From Takakia lepidozioides (taxonomy: Eukaryota; Plantae; Bryophyta): DNA of 64,000 bases. The stretch covers positions 21,638,001 to 21,702,000 of the forward strand of contig CM060733.1 of assembly GCA_030704615.1 (NCBI GenBank), given 5' to 3'. How positions within the stretch are numbered: position 1 is the stretch's first letter; each line of letters begins with the position of its first letter. A program made the translations under genes and the position numbers. Positions 63,771 to 64,000 of this stretch are shown piece by piece. The notes under the pieces are model-generated. The model was not told the DNA's origin. It worked only from the letters and a program-made list of their open reading frames with translations, and searched no databases.

Positions 63771-64000
63771 AAGTGGAGCCAAATCAGGCAGTGAACCCGC
63801 ACAAACTCGGAAAAAACCTTTAAGAAGATAGACCACGACAGAACCGGGCTGGCGGACCCAGAAGGACCACAGCCAAAAGGACCAGACCTACAACGGATAC
63901 GGTACCAGACCCAAGGACCAGACCAACGGAGCAGGCCAATGGAGCGGACGAACGGTAGCCACATCAGACCCAACAGACCCATGAAGCAGACCCATACAAC

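Larger units (their letters stand above)
54450..64000. mobile_element. Mutator-like (MULE) DNA transposon with transposase and Ulp1 genes; left boundary approximate, right end beyond the window
   Basis: Transposase and Ulp1 pseudogenes are convergent. The GYAGACC motif occurs on both sides of the nested LTR element, linking 54590-54645 to 58291 onward. No TIR or TSD could be determined. Confidence 0.75.

Noticed and set aside
1-64000. tRNA, rRNA or snoRNA genes
   Set aside because: No convincing cloverleaf, rRNA or box C/D structure was seen by eye; tRNAscan-SE or Infernal would be needed to exclude them.

Overview
Gene-dense nuclear DNA from a plant, probably a non-seed land plant (inference from GT-AG intron-rich genes, plant-type orthologues and transposon types). 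It holds seven apparently intact host genes: Tm-1-like (-, runs off the window start), TAM41 (+), PPCS (-), an EamA/SLC35F transporter (-), a cytochrome b5-like steroid-binding protein (+), UVH3/XPG (-) and canonical G-alpha GPA1 (-). There is also a decayed convergent pseudogene pair (PAK1IP1/MAK11-like WD40 and BCL7/BDH-like). One APE-type LINE family appears four times in introns: 4.86 kb, 1.2 kb and two ~25-30 nt 3' stubs. It has no poly(A) tail and ends 6 nt after its stop codon. The last ~9.5 kb is a Mutator-like (MULE) element carrying a SWIM-finger transposase pseudogene and a convergent Ulp1 protease pseudogene, with an internally deleted Ty3/gypsy element nested in it. The strongest lead is that every non-coding segment of the MULE is loaded with one 7-mer, GYAGACC (~30 copies by manual count), carried by several unrelated tandem arrays. 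That layout resembles the VANDAL/VANC sequence-specific anti-silencing system of Arabidopsis and suggests an analogous, possibly undescribed system; this is a hypothesis. All exon coordinates and counts were read by eye, and no database search was run.
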